Assembly: GCA_001643675.2 (NCBI GenBank)
Contig: LSRY02000013.1
Span: 930,001 to 994,000 of the forward strand
Source of the DNA: Monocercomonoides exilis PA203
Taxonomy: Eukaryota > Protista > Preaxostyla
DNA: 64,000 nucleotides
Direction: 5' to 3'
Positions 42,655-54,659 of the stretch are shown piece after piece; the first letter of the stretch is position 1, and each line of letters opens with the position of its first letter. A model generated the notes under the pieces. It saw only the letters and a program-made list of their open reading frames with translations. It did no database searches and was not told where the DNA came from. Position numbers and translations under genes: made by a program.

Positions 42655-43387
42655 TCAATCAGTATTATTCAACGATAATCCATAGAAATATTCACTACTG
42701 AGAAAATCAAACATTTCATGAAAGCTTGCGATAACATCCTCAAATCCTTCTTCTTCCATCTTATCAAACAGGATTCTTTTCACTTCCTCCGTTTCGTCTC
42801 CCACAACCTCATTTTCTCTCACAGCAATCGAAAGCTTCGCAAAGAATATCAAGAATTCACACATCAGGCAATCATCAAATGTTTGATTGTGAATTTCCAT
42901 CAAAATGAAATCAAAAACTCCACCTTTCAGCAAAACATTGAAAACAATAAAAGTTGGCTGGTAAATTATCATTTTCACAAAAATGCCACAACATCGATAG
43001 ACAACATCACTGCGATTCTCCCTTGCTGCTCTGCACAACCTTGTAATGCAACCAGTCAAATCAGCAAATTCTTCGTCATGAACCTTGGATTTCGTTATGA
43101 AATCGAGAATTGTTTGAATCCACATCGCTGCTGTTTACATTTCTTTCGATTTTTTCCGCTCTTCATTCTCCTCCAGTCCACACATTTCTTCAGCAGGTTT
43201 ATCTTTTACACCACATCTCTCGCACACTGCAATTCATCCACTGTTGCACATTCCAAATATCTTCCTCCTTGAAATCGGTTAAAATGAAACACCCTGACAG
43301 AGTGGCGTGCAGTCGTGTCAAATTTCCATGCTCTTGGTAATGTTTGATGTTTTCCACAACATGCCCAAAATATGTTTCTTGCTCAAC
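42655..43387 (-). pseudogene. 5'-truncated pseudogene of the ARM-like family, copy 3 (last exon only)
   Basis: HYQEHGNLTRL..DELQCARDVV*..KCVDW with a stop and frameshifts, then ORF 42655-43125, which is highly similar to the 3' half of 58816-59553. Confidence 0.8.
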
Positions 43388-44043
43388 TGTTTTTTAAATA
43401 TCAAATGGAGCTTGTTGAGATGATGATCCTTTCATATCAGACTGAACTTGAAAACCAGAAATGCAAGTCGAATATGGTTTCACTCTGAAAGTGTATCGTT
43501 CAGTTTTCTTTTGCGATCAAGATATGTTCATGGAAGTCACCTCATCAGCTCCAGATTGAATTAATGAAAAACAAAGAAGTGGAAAATGATGAGTCACGGG
43601 CTGGCCATCAATGGAAGTGCGGAGACATTAATGGATAAATCATAATTACGGTGCATCCATTTGATGGCAGTGAAACAAGACTTGTTTTTGAACAGCAGAG
43701 CGCACAAGGCAAAAAGAGTGAAGCTTTTAATCATTCAAAATCAGAATTCAACATGGGGAAAAGACATTCGATTATTTCTTCTGACGCCAGTACGCACATA
43801 CAAGAAAGCTTTTTAGAAATTAAAATTAATTTGTTTGTTTTCCATTTTGCTCAATATCACTTTCAGTCACTATTTTCTGAGAAAAGGATTATTTGCAAAT
43901 AATCAATGATTCATCCGTCCTTTCTTCATCCATAAACTTTCTGTATTAAACAGATAATTATTTTTATATAACAGAAGCAAACTTTGACAGATTGTCATTT
44001 CTGAAAGTTTTGTTATTTGATCATTGATATATAATAACTTTAT

Positions 44044-47000
44044 TTGATCACAAAATTTTTTACAAAAATAGGATTTTTGTATTTCTGCATTGTCGCAGCT
44101 TTTGAAGCTGCAAATGGAGCGTTTGGAAAAAATGAGATATTTTCCAGCAAGAAGGTGTCAATTTCGACAAGACTGCAGCAGACATTTTACGGCGATTCTT
44201 CAAATCGGCACTCTTTGTTTCTTTTGGCAAACTCTTCGTTGAAAATTAATGATATTCTTTGTGTTGATTTATCGCAGTGTTCTATTTCTGTTCTCGATGG
44301 AGAGTCTACGCTTTTTTGTGGAAACACAAGATTTATTTATTCTTCGAAAGCATTTACTCCGTTTGCCTCGTCGGGCTCTGTTTTCCTTGCTAACATTTCG
44401 GTAGACATTTCTAATTACAAAAGACAGTTGTCTTCTATGGTGTATTTGCAAAATGAAGCTTCATCTGGCATTAAACTGATTAATTCGCATTTCTCTGATT
44501 TCAAGGTATTATCAAGTAAATCTTCGTCTTTACTATGCTCAGGGATTGGAAGATATGAAACTGTCTATCACTGTTGTTTTATGAACATCACTACCAAGGT
44601 GAAAACAGGAAATGAAGCTGCAGCAAAGGAAAATCATTCTTTTGTTATTTCTTCGACAATAAAATTATCCACATTTATTCATGTTCACGATGCATTTTAT
44701 GGAGGCATTGTTCATGGGCTTTCTTTTACTTCACCATCGCAAGATTTTGTCTGTGATCTTTGCGAATTTTATGACTGCTCTCATTCAACTCCTTCGTCAT
44801 TGTTTCATGTTTCTCGAGCAAAGCAAAGCATAACAGGGAAAGATGCAAATATTACTTCTACGATTTTTAAAGATTGCGCAGGAACTAACGGAGGAGGTCT
44901 TTATTATGATGGAGTAATTTTTGGTACTATTAATTATAATCTGACGGTTCAAGATTGCGTATTTGAAAATTGCTCTGCAAATTATGGAGGAGGGATATAC
45001 ATAAACGAAGTTGGATGTGGAACCATAAAAAATAATGCTTTTTATGATTGCAAAGCAAATTACGATTTGGGACCAGATTTTTATGTTTATAAGTTCGATT
45101 GGACTACTAATGTGGCTAATATAACTTTTGCTTCAAGTTTTACATATAATGATGGAAATCGAGTGCATATGGCTGGAACAAATTATTCAAAGCTTATTAA
45201 AATGGATGATTATCAGATTGTTGCGTCCGACGGAAGTGCAACAGTTAATTGTGGATTAAGTACAAGCACAGCGTGCAAATCAGTCAACACAGCCATCAGC
45301 AATAGGCGACCAAATTACTTGAAGAGAATCAAACTTCTTAACGGGACTTACAACGAGACAGATTCTTGGACCATTAATTCAGCAAGAGGAAAAGTGGATG
45401 CGTTCGGAGAAAGTCAAACAAAAGTGATTTTTAATTTGAGTAGTTACATTGGAACGATGATTTCTATTTCTGGAGCTGTCAACATATCAATTTCCACATT
45501 CACGATTAACGTGAACAAAGATTATTGCAGGATAATCAATGGTAGTTCTTATAATTTCGACCTTTCTGTTTCTGACATAACGATTTCAACACCAAGCAGC
45601 TGGACAACATACTTATCTTACAGTTTATTTAATTTTGTTAACGGAACTCTTTCATTCAGTCGTGTGACAACAAAGAACATTAGATTAACAACCAATTGCT
45701 TATTTCAAATGGCAAATGGAGTGACAAAGGCAACATTCTCGTTATGTAATTTTACGAATATCACCATATCAAATAATAATTCAGCCATTTTCAGCGCAGG
45801 ATATCTCCCAAAATCCCTTGCACTTAGTAACTGTTCAATATCTTCAATATCAAGTCTTAATTCAACAGGAGTGAATGGCGGCGTGCTGCGCTTAGATGCT
45901 GATGGGCCTCAGATCAGCTTTGCGAATACCACATTTACAGGTTGCTGTGTCAGCTCAAGCAGCGGAAGAGGAGGAGCATTGCACATCTCGACAAATGGAT
46001 CGCTATCAAAATTTGTCGTTAGCAAATGCCAATTCTTATCGAATCAAGCGTGTTTTGGACGTGATGTTTTTTTGTGTGTGCCATCATTGCCAAATGCAAA
46101 TCTTGACTCTTATTATTCTGCCACAGCAACTTCGACGTATGTGCCTAATCGAACGAATGCGTGGTTTGGAAGTGATGATGCCACATTTCAGGGGGATTTT
46201 GACTTGATGCCGTTCATCTTTGGATACACATCATCGATCATTCATGCTTCGAATGCGTCGCGAGGGGATGGGAAGTATTGTGGGTCAGTAATTGCTCATT
46301 GCGGGACAATTACGCAGGCTGTTCAACGCCTAAATGGATCTTCGCCCACAGTCAAAGCAAATGGCACAGTTGCTGTGTCTTCTTCAGGAACAGATGTGTC
46401 GAACGTTGCCATTCGAAGAAATGAATCTGCAACAAATGCAATAATAACACTTGATGGAATCACAGGAACTGCGAGTTCTGCTCTGATATCGTCAGGTGTG
46501 TTTCAATCCTTGAATATTGATTATTCAGTCGACTCAGCTCCTCGAGGAAGTTCAATTCAAATCCTTTTGAGCGGGTCAAGTGGCGTTCAGACATTTACAA
46601 ATTGTATTTTTGTTGGAAGTGCTTCAAAATCCTTGACAATTTCACTTGTTTCGATCAGCGGAGGCAGCCTTGTTCTTGAAGATTCATCATTAACTGCTTC
46701 AGGCGATTTGAGATGCTCTCGTTCTTCATTCATCATCCAAAACGGGAATTTCGATTTTTCCAGTTGCAGCTTTGCGAATCTCATATTCACTTCTGCTAAA
46801 GCAGGCCTTATCTCTCAATCTGGGAGTGGATCATCTTCGCAACAAATAGAGCTGTTCAATTGCAGCTTCGAACGAATTTCATCAACCAAAGAAACGAGCT
46901 CATGTGTTGTCATTTCTTCTTCGGCTTGCAAAGGCTCATTTTATGCTACATTGTGCATTTTTTCTTCGTCGTCTTGCACAAACTCCATCGATGGAGGAGC

Positions 47001-50000
47001 CATTTCATTTGCAATTGGAGCGAATAAAAAATTTGAAATTGATGAATGTGAAATATCGTCGAATACTGCCAGTGAATCAACTGGAAAAGGAGGAGGCGTA
47101 TTTCTGCTGATGAAAGACACGAGCAGCGATTACAAATTTACTGACTGCAGCTTCGAGTCGAATAAGGCGAAGTATGGCAAAGATATATACATCCAAGCAC
47201 CAAGTCTGAATGCTTGCGTTTCATATGAAAAATTTGGGATTGCTTTCACTTCAGAAACAGATGTTGGAAACATGATGTTTGGGTGCAATTCGTCTTCTGT
47301 TGATGAGCATGTTGATCTTATTTTGCTTATGGTTGGGCACAAAGCGATTGTGAATGTGAAGAATGCGGGCTCTGAACATGGGAAAGACTGGTTCAGATGC
47401 GGCAATGAAAGCGACCCCTGCTTGACGGTTGAATACGGAATGGACAAAATTCTTGATTCAACTGCCGAAAACAAAGGATTATCAATCATAACACAAGCAG
47501 TCATCAGCAAACCAGTTGATTTGTCTTCGATGACGATTTTGTCTTCTTCAAGTTCTTCGCCTTCAAGGCTTCTGTTTAACGTTGCAAGCGCTGCTTTTGA
47601 TGCAGTTATTTTGAACCACGATTCTCTCACATTTAACAAGATCGAATTGTATTTGCCGTCTGTGCAAAACGTGCTGAAAGCACTCATTTCAACAGATAGT
47701 TCACTTATTGCTGATGACACAAGCTTTGAAAGCGAAGAATTGGATTCTACTATTTATTTGACTGTTATTGAAGTCATAGCCGGAACAGTGCTGCTTGATA
47801 ATTGCTCTATTGGGGAGCACAGCTTCTATCTGGAGAGCTCATTCATCAAATACGCGGGGTCATCAACAATTGCACTCAACCAAACTTCCATTGGAGCAAT
47901 TATATTGTCATCAACCTTCTTCACAGAGACAACCGGTGGACAAGGCATTTTATCTCTGACGAACACTTCATTCACTCAATGCTCTGCATCTCCGCTAACA
48001 ACGATGAGCCCGATCATTTCTACTCAACTCGAAGGAGCAGTTAACATTTACGAATGCAATTTCAGCGATGTTGGCAGTCCAGAATGCAAAGAGGGCGGAG
48101 TAATCAACGTTTGGCTAAAAGACACAGGGGAAATTAGCATTGCTGGATGCAAAATTGAAGAGTGTTTCTGCAACGAGGCAACTGGAAAAGGAGGATTCCT
48201 CTATTTGAGCAAGCGCCAAAGCGAAGGTCAGTATGACTTAAGCGCCGAGTCAGAATACTCAAACAACAGAGCTCATATCGGCAAAAATCTCTTTTTTGAT
48301 TTTGATTCGTTGAACGCGTCTGTGTCTGCAGATAAGCTATTTTTGCCCGTTGATGATCCAGCTATCGATGGAGGCAAAGAGTATGTTGGCAAAGACGCCA
48401 TTTTTGATTCAATGGATTTGGCTGCGTTTTTGGTACAGTTTGTGTCAGACAAAGTTCATGTGTCCAGCGCAGGCTACGATATCCTTCGATGCGGCTCAGC
48501 AGACTTTCCATGCCATTCAATTTGGAGAGGCCTGAACAATGTGAAGAACGACAGCTCTGACAAGGAGATCATTCTCGGCACGTTGGTCGAAGTGGAATCG
48601 TGCTTCGAATTTCTGGATTTGACTCTTTCGGCATCTTCAACTTCGAAAGAAGCAGGAATGATCATTTGCTCAGATCTGTCCCCAAGCAATAAAGACACAG
48701 TAATTGACATAGCAGGATGTTGCGACTTTGCCAATGTTATAATTTTGTTGCCATCTGAGTTTATTGGGCAGCAATTGTCAGTCATCAAATCTTCTGCTTC
48801 AGAGGGAGTGTTAAAGCTCAGTTCCTGCAATTTTGGCAAGCAAAGCGACTTTCCTTCTCCAATTGAGTGTTCACTCATATTTGCGACCGATGGAAAATTG
48901 TTGTTTCACAGCTGCATTGTCGAAAACCTGCTATTTTCCGCGTCGCCTTTCGTGATTGCACAATTGGTCAATGCGACCTTTGAGCAAAATCACCTTATGT
49001 CTGTGACACTTCAAACGTCCTCACTTTTGATTGCTGCTGAGGCGCCTGTTCTGCAAAAGCAGCTGAAGAATGCAGGGAGCTGTGAATTCATATTCACGAA
49101 CTGCTCGTTCGATGACATTATCACAAAAGAAGGCAACTCAAAATCAGTAATACAAGCCAATACACTGTCTTTGGCTCTCTCGCTGATAAATTGCTCGATC
49201 ACGAGATTAACAGCATTAGAAAGCAACGAAGGCGGAGGAATGAAAATAAAGTTTAGGGAAGGCGGGTCATTGAGTGTTAAAGGATATTCAAGAAATGAGC
49301 TCAGCGTTGTTTCTTCGTGCAGCTGCTCGCCATTAACTGGGAAAGGAGGATTTTGCTTCATCGACTCTACAGGCGCCGATGCAAACTTTGTCTTTGAGAA
49401 GACAATCTTTTCGGGTAATGTGGCGTCTTTGGGGAAGAACGTCTTTATAACATGCACCGACATTTGCAATTCTGTGAAATCAAACCAAATTCTGATACAG
49501 CTCGAAGACTGGACTTCAGATACAAAGGCATTTTCTGGAATAGACACAAAGTATTTCACAGACAAAGCGGTTGATCTTCTCACGTTTTTTGTTGATTATT
49601 TTTCTGAGAAAATTGTTGTATCTGCTATTTATGGGGCCGACATTATTTGCTGTGGAAGAGATATTCTCCCGTGCTCCTCCTTCTCAACTGGAATGCAGCA
49701 CGTAACACGCTCACCCGAATCCGAGCCGCCGACAGCTCAGCTTCTGATTGAGAATTCGGCAAATGTGGAGAATTGTTTTGATCTGTCTGATTGCGAGATT
49801 TTGTCAACTCAAAATGCTCCTGCTATTTTTTCTGTTGCAGCATCGTTGACTTCATCTTCATCATCGACTGGATCAGAAGACAGCGTTTTCTTCAACAGCA
49901 AAGAATTGAAGCTCACATTCCTCACTTTCTCCGTTCCAGCTGAATTCACATCTTCACAATCAGTCCTGATTTTATCATCAAGCGGAAAGTTTTACGTGAA

Positions 50001-53000
50001 CAAATGCTCCGTTTTGATCAGCACGGATATTAGCGATGCAATTTCTTATTGCTTAGTTGAAGTTCGCTCAGGATTGTTTGAAATGAAGGATTTTTCTCTG
50101 CGAAATTTGTCATTTGATTCCAAGCCATTGCATATTTGGGCTGCGGACTTTGTTGGCAAAATTGAGGATTGCCTGTTTGAAGGATTGCGCTTGCGATACC
50201 CACTTTTATCAATGAGTGAAAGAAGCACCCCATTTTTAGAAGGAAGCCAGAGTCCTCAATTCGCTGGTTCTTCTCTGATGACTGGCGGTTGCGAACTTGA
50301 GCTGGTTTCGTGTCGCATGATCGATATTATCAGAGAGAATGATGGAAGCTGCCTTCTGAGCTGCGGAATATCGAGCAATGCAAAATATCAGATAAACGGA
50401 TGCGTTTTGAAGAATTGCGAAAGCGGCATTTCAAGAAAAGGAGGGAGCATGATGCTTGCACTTGGATCAGGAAACAGCGATATGATTGTGCTTGACATCA
50501 ACAACACATCTCTGGGGAAATGCATTGCCTCCACGACTTTTGGAAAGGGAGGAGGAGTTTATTTGGATTGTGAAAATATTCCGGCTGATGGAAAGAGCTG
50601 CCGTTTGTCAAACGATAATCCGCTGGGATTTCTGTTTAAAAATGTTCACTTTAGTTTTAACAATGCAAGTTCTGGGCGGGATGTGTTTATTTTGTGTGTG
50701 AACATCGAGTCGCAAGTGACGGAAGATCAGTTTTTGATTGACTTTGATGAGTCTGTGTTTGATTCGCAGAATGCGATATTCGGGAGAGATTCTGGCATGA
50801 ATGCAGAAGAAGGCGATCGTGATTTGATTGAAGAGGTAATTTTCTTCAGAGGAGAGCAGGTGCTCGTTTCATCGAACGGAGAAAATGGAAAGCGATGCGG
50901 AAGCTTTGCAAAGCCATGCAGAACGATTGAGGTTGGGGTGCAGCACGTGTCAGAAGGCAGGTTTCGAACAATGTTTGTTGATTTGCTGGCGAATGTTGAA
51001 GGAGAAGCCGACTTATCTGGAATAAGCGTGGTATCGCTCGATAAATTGTGCACTGTGTCAATGAACAGCCCAATTGCAAAAAGTGCAGAAAGGGAATGGA
51101 CCATTTCTACTGAAGAAGACGTTGAGATAGACAACGTAGCGTTTGTGTTTGGCAGCAGATTAAAGATTGCCCATTCGTCGCTGGTTGGAGCATTAGAAGG
51201 CAAGCTAAGAATGAATGCGTGCAGCTTCATTGGCAGTGAAAATGGCATTCGATTTGATGGAAGCTTGATTACAGTTGCTGGAGGAACATTTTTAATAAGT
51301 GAATCTGCTTTCAGCGATTTTGCAGTCAAGAATAATATCATCAATTGCGAGAGCGGAGCAACTGCAAACATGGAAAGCATTGTTTTGGAAAGAATAAGTG
51401 GGAAATACTTGATTTCCTGTCAAGGAAGCACGGTTACAGCTTCCCAGTTAATGGTGAGTTCAGCGAAAGCGCAGGAAGCAGTTATCTCATGTTCAGAAAA
51501 GGCGACTCTAAGCTTGCTTCAGAGCGAATTGAAGAATATTGAAGTGAAAGAAGGAAGTGCAATTTGTGTTGATGAAGGCGAGATTCTTGCTACGAATGAC
51601 AGAGAGGTGGGAAGCGAAAAGGCATTTTCGGCATCACTTTGCATCTTCTCAAATATCAGCTGCAGTGGAAGTAAAGGAAGAATAATATTCTGTCTGGCAG
51701 AGAAGTCTGTTCAGTTGTTCAACAATACGCTCGGTTGTTGCTCGTGTCAGATCGCAAAAGGCCAACATATGAGCGTATTTGGCAGCAGAAGTCTGACAAT
51801 TGATGCTTGCACATTTGATGGATGGAGAGAAATTAGCGGAAGTGCTCTTAATTCTAAAGCGACTGAAGAAATATGCAAATGGAATGGATCGCTTGTTGAA
51901 GTTACAGAATGCAAGAGTGATGTTAAATATTCAACGTTTACAAACAGTTCTGCGGGTGCACTGTCTGTTAGAGGAGGGAGCTTATCTCTTGCTGAGGGGG
52001 AATTTTCAAGCAATAAACCAGGAATTGATAAATATGATTCTGTTCGAAGAAATATGCTTTGTTCTGATTCAGGAGTTTTGGATGTTGCGAGCTTGAAAGG
52101 AGGAGATGGAGTTTTACCAAGTTCATCGATGTGGATCCTGAATGATGGGTGCGTGCTGAAGGGGATTGCTGGAGAACGAGCATCGCCATTTTTTATCCCC
52201 ACACTTCATTCAGTGGAAACAGAGGAGAATGAAAGCTTGTTGAACCTGATATTCAGGGGCACACTTCTCCTTCCGTGCAACCTGTCTTTTCGGGTTGTTT
52301 TGTCTGTTGGAGATGTTGAACAGATTGAGGCATATGAGCTGGCAGACACTGGATTTGTGAGCGAAGAGGAGGTTCATGGTGCAATTGGGTTGGAGATGGT
52401 CAGGGGAGCAGAGGCGAGTGCAGAAGTGAGGGTGTGCATTGTGTTTGGGGATGCTGATTCTCCTTCGACGACTCAGTCGTTCATTCTGAAGAACAGAAGC
52501 GAGCCCGAACGAAAGGGAGAAGATGATGCTGCCAAAGGAGCGGGAAAGTCTGAATGGGGAATTGCTGCATTTGTGGCTTGCATGATTCTCCTGCTTATTG
52601 CTTTGGTGGCATTTGCGATTGTTGTGGCTCTTCTGCGAAGGAAGCTGAAAGATGCGGAAAAGAAAGCTGAGAAGGCGCGCTGGGAATATGCACAAATTGT
52701 GGAAAGGATTGAAAGGCAAAAAGAAGAGAGCAGAAGAGAGTTTGAGATGAGCGACATGCCATCCACATTGCTGGAAGGGATGACAAGCCAAATTCCACTT
52801 CTGATTAACAACGATGAAGAAGATCTTCCAGATCCTCCTTCGATGAGCAACGATGAAATTCTGAATGAAAATGATCTTCCTGGTTTGGAATCACCGTTGC
52901 CATTTTCTGAGAATGCTTCTGCTTCTGGAATACCACAATCTCATTCATTCAATGTGATATCAGCCAAGAAGCCATTTCGAGAAAAGGAGAAAAAGAACAT

Positions 53001-53538
53001 CAAAACATTGCATTCAGTGATTCATTCAGTTCAAGGTAATTTCACACTGGGAACAAGAGCGATGGATGTTGTTGATGGGAAAGAAGTGGCTTTGGCAGTG
53101 GCAGAGCTGTTTGAGCATTTGATTTCGGTTGGAGATGAAAGGGTGGAAATGATGGAAAGACAGCTGTGCCCATATTCAATCTTTGTTGAAGAAGGAAACG
53201 AAAATGAAATATACATATTGACAGAGGAATTGGAAGATGAAAAACAGAAGGAAGAAATGAAGCGATGGAAGGCACCTGAAGCGGGAGATGAAGAAGAGGG
53301 AATTGAAAAGAGAGTTGTTTTCACGCTTGGACTGATTCTTCATGAAATGACAACAGGGGAAGTGCCCTTGAGCGAATGTGATCCAGAAGAAGCACAGGAG
53401 ATGATGAGGGATGGGGTGCGACCGCTGACAGAAGGAATCGAAGGAACAGAAATGGTTGGAATGATGGAGAAGATGTGGGCAGATGAGCCAAATGACAGAC
53501 CCAACCTGGCGGAAGTGATAGCATTGTTGAAAGAATGA
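44044..53538 (+). CDS. Giant type-I membrane protein paralogous to 16315-24939 (beta-helix ectodomain, TM, kinase C-lobe-like tail)
   Basis: 9.5-kb ORF with six CG....C cap modules, GKGG.VY motifs, TM WGIAAFVACMILLLIALVAFAIVVALL, RWKAPE, VVFTLGLILHEM and WADEPNDRP. True start codon uncertain because the ORF opens at TTG. Confidence 0.87.
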   Translation: MITKFFTKIGFLYFCIVAAFEAANGAFGKNEIFSSKKVSISTRLQQTFYGDSSNRHSLFLLANSSLKINDILCVDLSQCSISVLDGESTLFCGNTRFIYSSKAFTPFASSGSVFLANISVDISNYKRQLSSMVYLQNEASSGIKLINSHFSDFKVLSSKSSSLLCSGIGRYETVYHCCFMNITTKVKTGNEAAAKENHSFVISSTIKLSTFIHVHDAFYGGIVHGLSFTSPSQDFVCDLCEFYDCSHSTPSSLFHVSRAKQSITGKDANITSTIFKDCAGTNGGGLYYDGVIFGTINYNLTVQDCVFENCSANYGGGIYINEVGCGTIKNNAFYDCKANYDLGPDFYVYKFDWTTNVANITFASSFTYNDGNRVHMAGTNYSKLIKMDDYQIVASDGSATVNCGLSTSTACKSVNTAISNRRPNYLKRIKLLNGTYNETDSWTINSARGKVDAFGESQTKVIFNLSSYIGTMISISGAVNISISTFTINVNKDYCRIINGSSYNFDLSVSDITISTPSSWTTYLSYSLFNFVNGTLSFSRVTTKNIRLTTNCLFQMANGVTKATFSLCNFTNITISNNNSAIFSAGYLPKSLALSNCSISSISSLNSTGVNGGVLRLDADGPQISFANTTFTGCCVSSSSGRGGALHISTNGSLSKFVVSKCQFLSNQACFGRDVFLCVPSLPNANLDSYYSATATSTYVPNRTNAWFGSDDATFQGDFDLMPFIFGYTSSIIHASNASRGDGKYCGSVIAHCGTITQAVQRLNGSSPTVKANGTVAVSSSGTDVSNVAIRRNESATNAIITLDGITGTASSALISSGVFQSLNIDYSVDSAPRGSSIQILLSGSSGVQTFTNCIFVGSASKSLTISLVSISGGSLVLEDSSLTASGDLRCSRSSFIIQNGNFDFSSCSFANLIFTSAKAGLISQSGSGSSSQQIELFNCSFERISSTKETSSCVVISSSACKGSFYATLCIFSSSSCTNSIDGGAISFAIGANKKFEIDECEISSNTASESTGKGGGVFLLMKDTSSDYKFTDCSFESNKAKYGKDIYIQAPSLNACVSYEKFGIAFTSETDVGNMMFGCNSSSVDEHVDLILLMVGHKAIVNVKNAGSEHGKDWFRCGNESDPCLTVEYGMDKILDSTAENKGLSIITQAVISKPVDLSSMTILSSSSSSPSRLLFNVASAAFDAVILNHDSLTFNKIELYLPSVQNVLKALISTDSSLIADDTSFESEELDSTIYLTVIEVIAGTVLLDNCSIGEHSFYLESSFIKYAGSSTIALNQTSIGAIILSSTFFTETTGGQGILSLTNTSFTQCSASPLTTMSPIISTQLEGAVNIYECNFSDVGSPECKEGGVINVWLKDTGEISIAGCKIEECFCNEATGKGGFLYLSKRQSEGQYDLSAESEYSNNRAHIGKNLFFDFDSLNASVSADKLFLPVDDPAIDGGKEYVGKDAIFDSMDLAAFLVQFVSDKVHVSSAGYDILRCGSADFPCHSIWRGLNNVKNDSSDKEIILGTLVEVESCFEFLDLTLSASSTSKEAGMIICSDLSPSNKDTVIDIAGCCDFANVIILLPSEFIGQQLSVIKSSASEGVLKLSSCNFGKQSDFPSPIECSLIFATDGKLLFHSCIVENLLFSASPFVIAQLVNATFEQNHLMSVTLQTSSLLIAAEAPVLQKQLKNAGSCEFIFTNCSFDDIITKEGNSKSVIQANTLSLALSLINCSITRLTALESNEGGGMKIKFREGGSLSVKGYSRNELSVVSSCSCSPLTGKGGFCFIDSTGADANFVFEKTIFSGNVASLGKNVFITCTDICNSVKSNQILIQLEDWTSDTKAFSGIDTKYFTDKAVDLLTFFVDYFSEKIVVSAIYGADIICCGRDILPCSSFSTGMQHVTRSPESEPPTAQLLIENSANVENCFDLSDCEILSTQNAPAIFSVAASLTSSSSSTGSEDSVFFNSKELKLTFLTFSVPAEFTSSQSVLILSSSGKFYVNKCSVLISTDISDAISYCLVEVRSGLFEMKDFSLRNLSFDSKPLHIWAADFVGKIEDCLFEGLRLRYPLLSMSERSTPFLEGSQSPQFAGSSLMTGGCELELVSCRMIDIIRENDGSCLLSCGISSNAKYQINGCVLKNCESGISRKGGSMMLALGSGNSDMIVLDINNTSLGKCIASTTFGKGGGVYLDCENIPADGKSCRLSNDNPLGFLFKNVHFSFNNASSGRDVFILCVNIESQVTEDQFLIDFDESVFDSQNAIFGRDSGMNAEEGDRDLIEEVIFFRGEQVLVSSNGENGKRCGSFAKPCRTIEVGVQHVSEGRFRTMFVDLLANVEGEADLSGISVVSLDKLCTVSMNSPIAKSAEREWTISTEEDVEIDNVAFVFGSRLKIAHSSLVGALEGKLRMNACSFIGSENGIRFDGSLITVAGGTFLISESAFSDFAVKNNIINCESGATANMESIVLERISGKYLISCQGSTVTASQLMVSSAKAQEAVISCSEKATLSLLQSELKNIEVKEGSAICVDEGEILATNDREVGSEKAFSASLCIFSNISCSGSKGRIIFCLAEKSVQLFNNTLGCCSCQIAKGQHMSVFGSRSLTIDACTFDGWREISGSALNSKATEEICKWNGSLVEVTECKSDVKYSTFTNSSAGALSVRGGSLSLAEGEFSSNKPGIDKYDSVRRNMLCSDSGVLDVASLKGGDGVLPSSSMWILNDGCVLKGIAGERASPFFIPTLHSVETEENESLLNLIFRGTLLLPCNLSFRVVLSVGDVEQIEAYELADTGFVSEEEVHGAIGLEMVRGAEASAEVRVCIVFGDADSPSTTQSFILKNRSEPERKGEDDAAKGAGKSEWGIAAFVACMILLLIALVAFAIVVALLRRKLKDAEKKAEKARWEYAQIVERIERQKEESRREFEMSDMPSTLLEGMTSQIPLLINNDEEDLPDPPSMSNDEILNENDLPGLESPLPFSENASASGIPQSHSFNVISAKKPFREKEKKNIKTLHSVIHSVQGNFTLGTRAMDVVDGKEVALAVAELFEHLISVGDERVEMMERQLCPYSIFVEEGNENEIYILTEELEDEKQKEEMKRWKAPEAGDEEEGIEKRVVFTLGLILHEMTTGEVPLSECDPEEAQEMMRDGVRPLTEGIEGTEMVGMMEKMWADEPNDRPNLAEVIALLKE

Positions 53539-53571
53539 ATGGAAAGGTTTATGTGCATGTTCAGTGACGTT

Positions 53572-53631
53572 TTATTATTGTTATTATAATTATAATTATT
53601 ATTATTATTATTATTGTTATTGTTGTTGTTG
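53572..53631. repeat. Imperfect (ATT)n/(GTT)n microsatellite just 3' of the receptor gene
   Basis: Seen directly. Confidence 0.8.
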
Positions 53632-54659
53632 CATATGCTTCTTATTTATTTTCCTTTTTTATTCTTTCAAAAGAGTATTTTTTTTCTTGTAATGGGGCAA
53701 TTATTTGTTTTATCAAAATAATGAATATTTTTGAAATGAAATTTGTGTGTGATTATTTGTTATATTTTTTCCCCCAAGAGAAACAAGTTGTTATAAATAT
53801 GTTTTATTTCGGTTTTTGAATCATGATTTTGAGCAAGCTCTTTGTTGCATTTCACGTGCTCGACTCTTCTTTATATCTTTCTCCGTTTTTATAAGTATTT
53901 CCTTGTGGAAGCGTTCTTTTGCAATTATCTTTGCGCGTCACTCTTGCTCTTGCCTTGATGCGATTATTTTTCACTGTGTTATATGATTATTATTATTATT
54001 TGAAAAGCTTTTTTTGTTTTTTAATTTTAAAAGAATATGAACTTATTTGAACAGAAAGGAAGAGAACTTTTTTTGAAGGGAGTGAGCGCTTCATGAGCAC
54101 AGATCCAGATGCTTTGCTGAGAACTCAGCTGTCTGAAAGTTCTTTTTTCATCACTGAATATGTGAATGCTGAATGGAGAGTTTGTGGAAGCTCGTCAACA
54201 ATTGTTGCTTTTTTGAAAAGACTTCGTCATTGCAAATGAATAGAAGAACTTATTGAGCAACTGAGGTTTCAATATTGCCAATGGACACTTGTCGATTGAA
54301 TGAGAGATTTGAGCGGTGGATGAAAAGAATGAAATTGAAGCAACTTTATCTTCCTTGATTTTTCTCAATGTTGCTTTGGCTTTGAACAAAGAGTTTGGTT
54401 CCAATGATAAAGGAACTGTTGTTTATATTTTGATGATGAAACTTCTTTGAAATGAATATGCTCCAACAGAGCTATCAAATCTGACAAAACGAGAACAAAA
54501 CAACGGGGGAACAGACAATACCGAACACAATGACTGATTCATTGAATTTGTTTTAGAATGGAATCATTTTCGACAGCTGAAGTGATGTTGATGTTTATGG
54601 GAGATCTCATCAGATTCCATGAGCTTCAATTGAATAAACACTTGGTAACTTTTCTTTCA

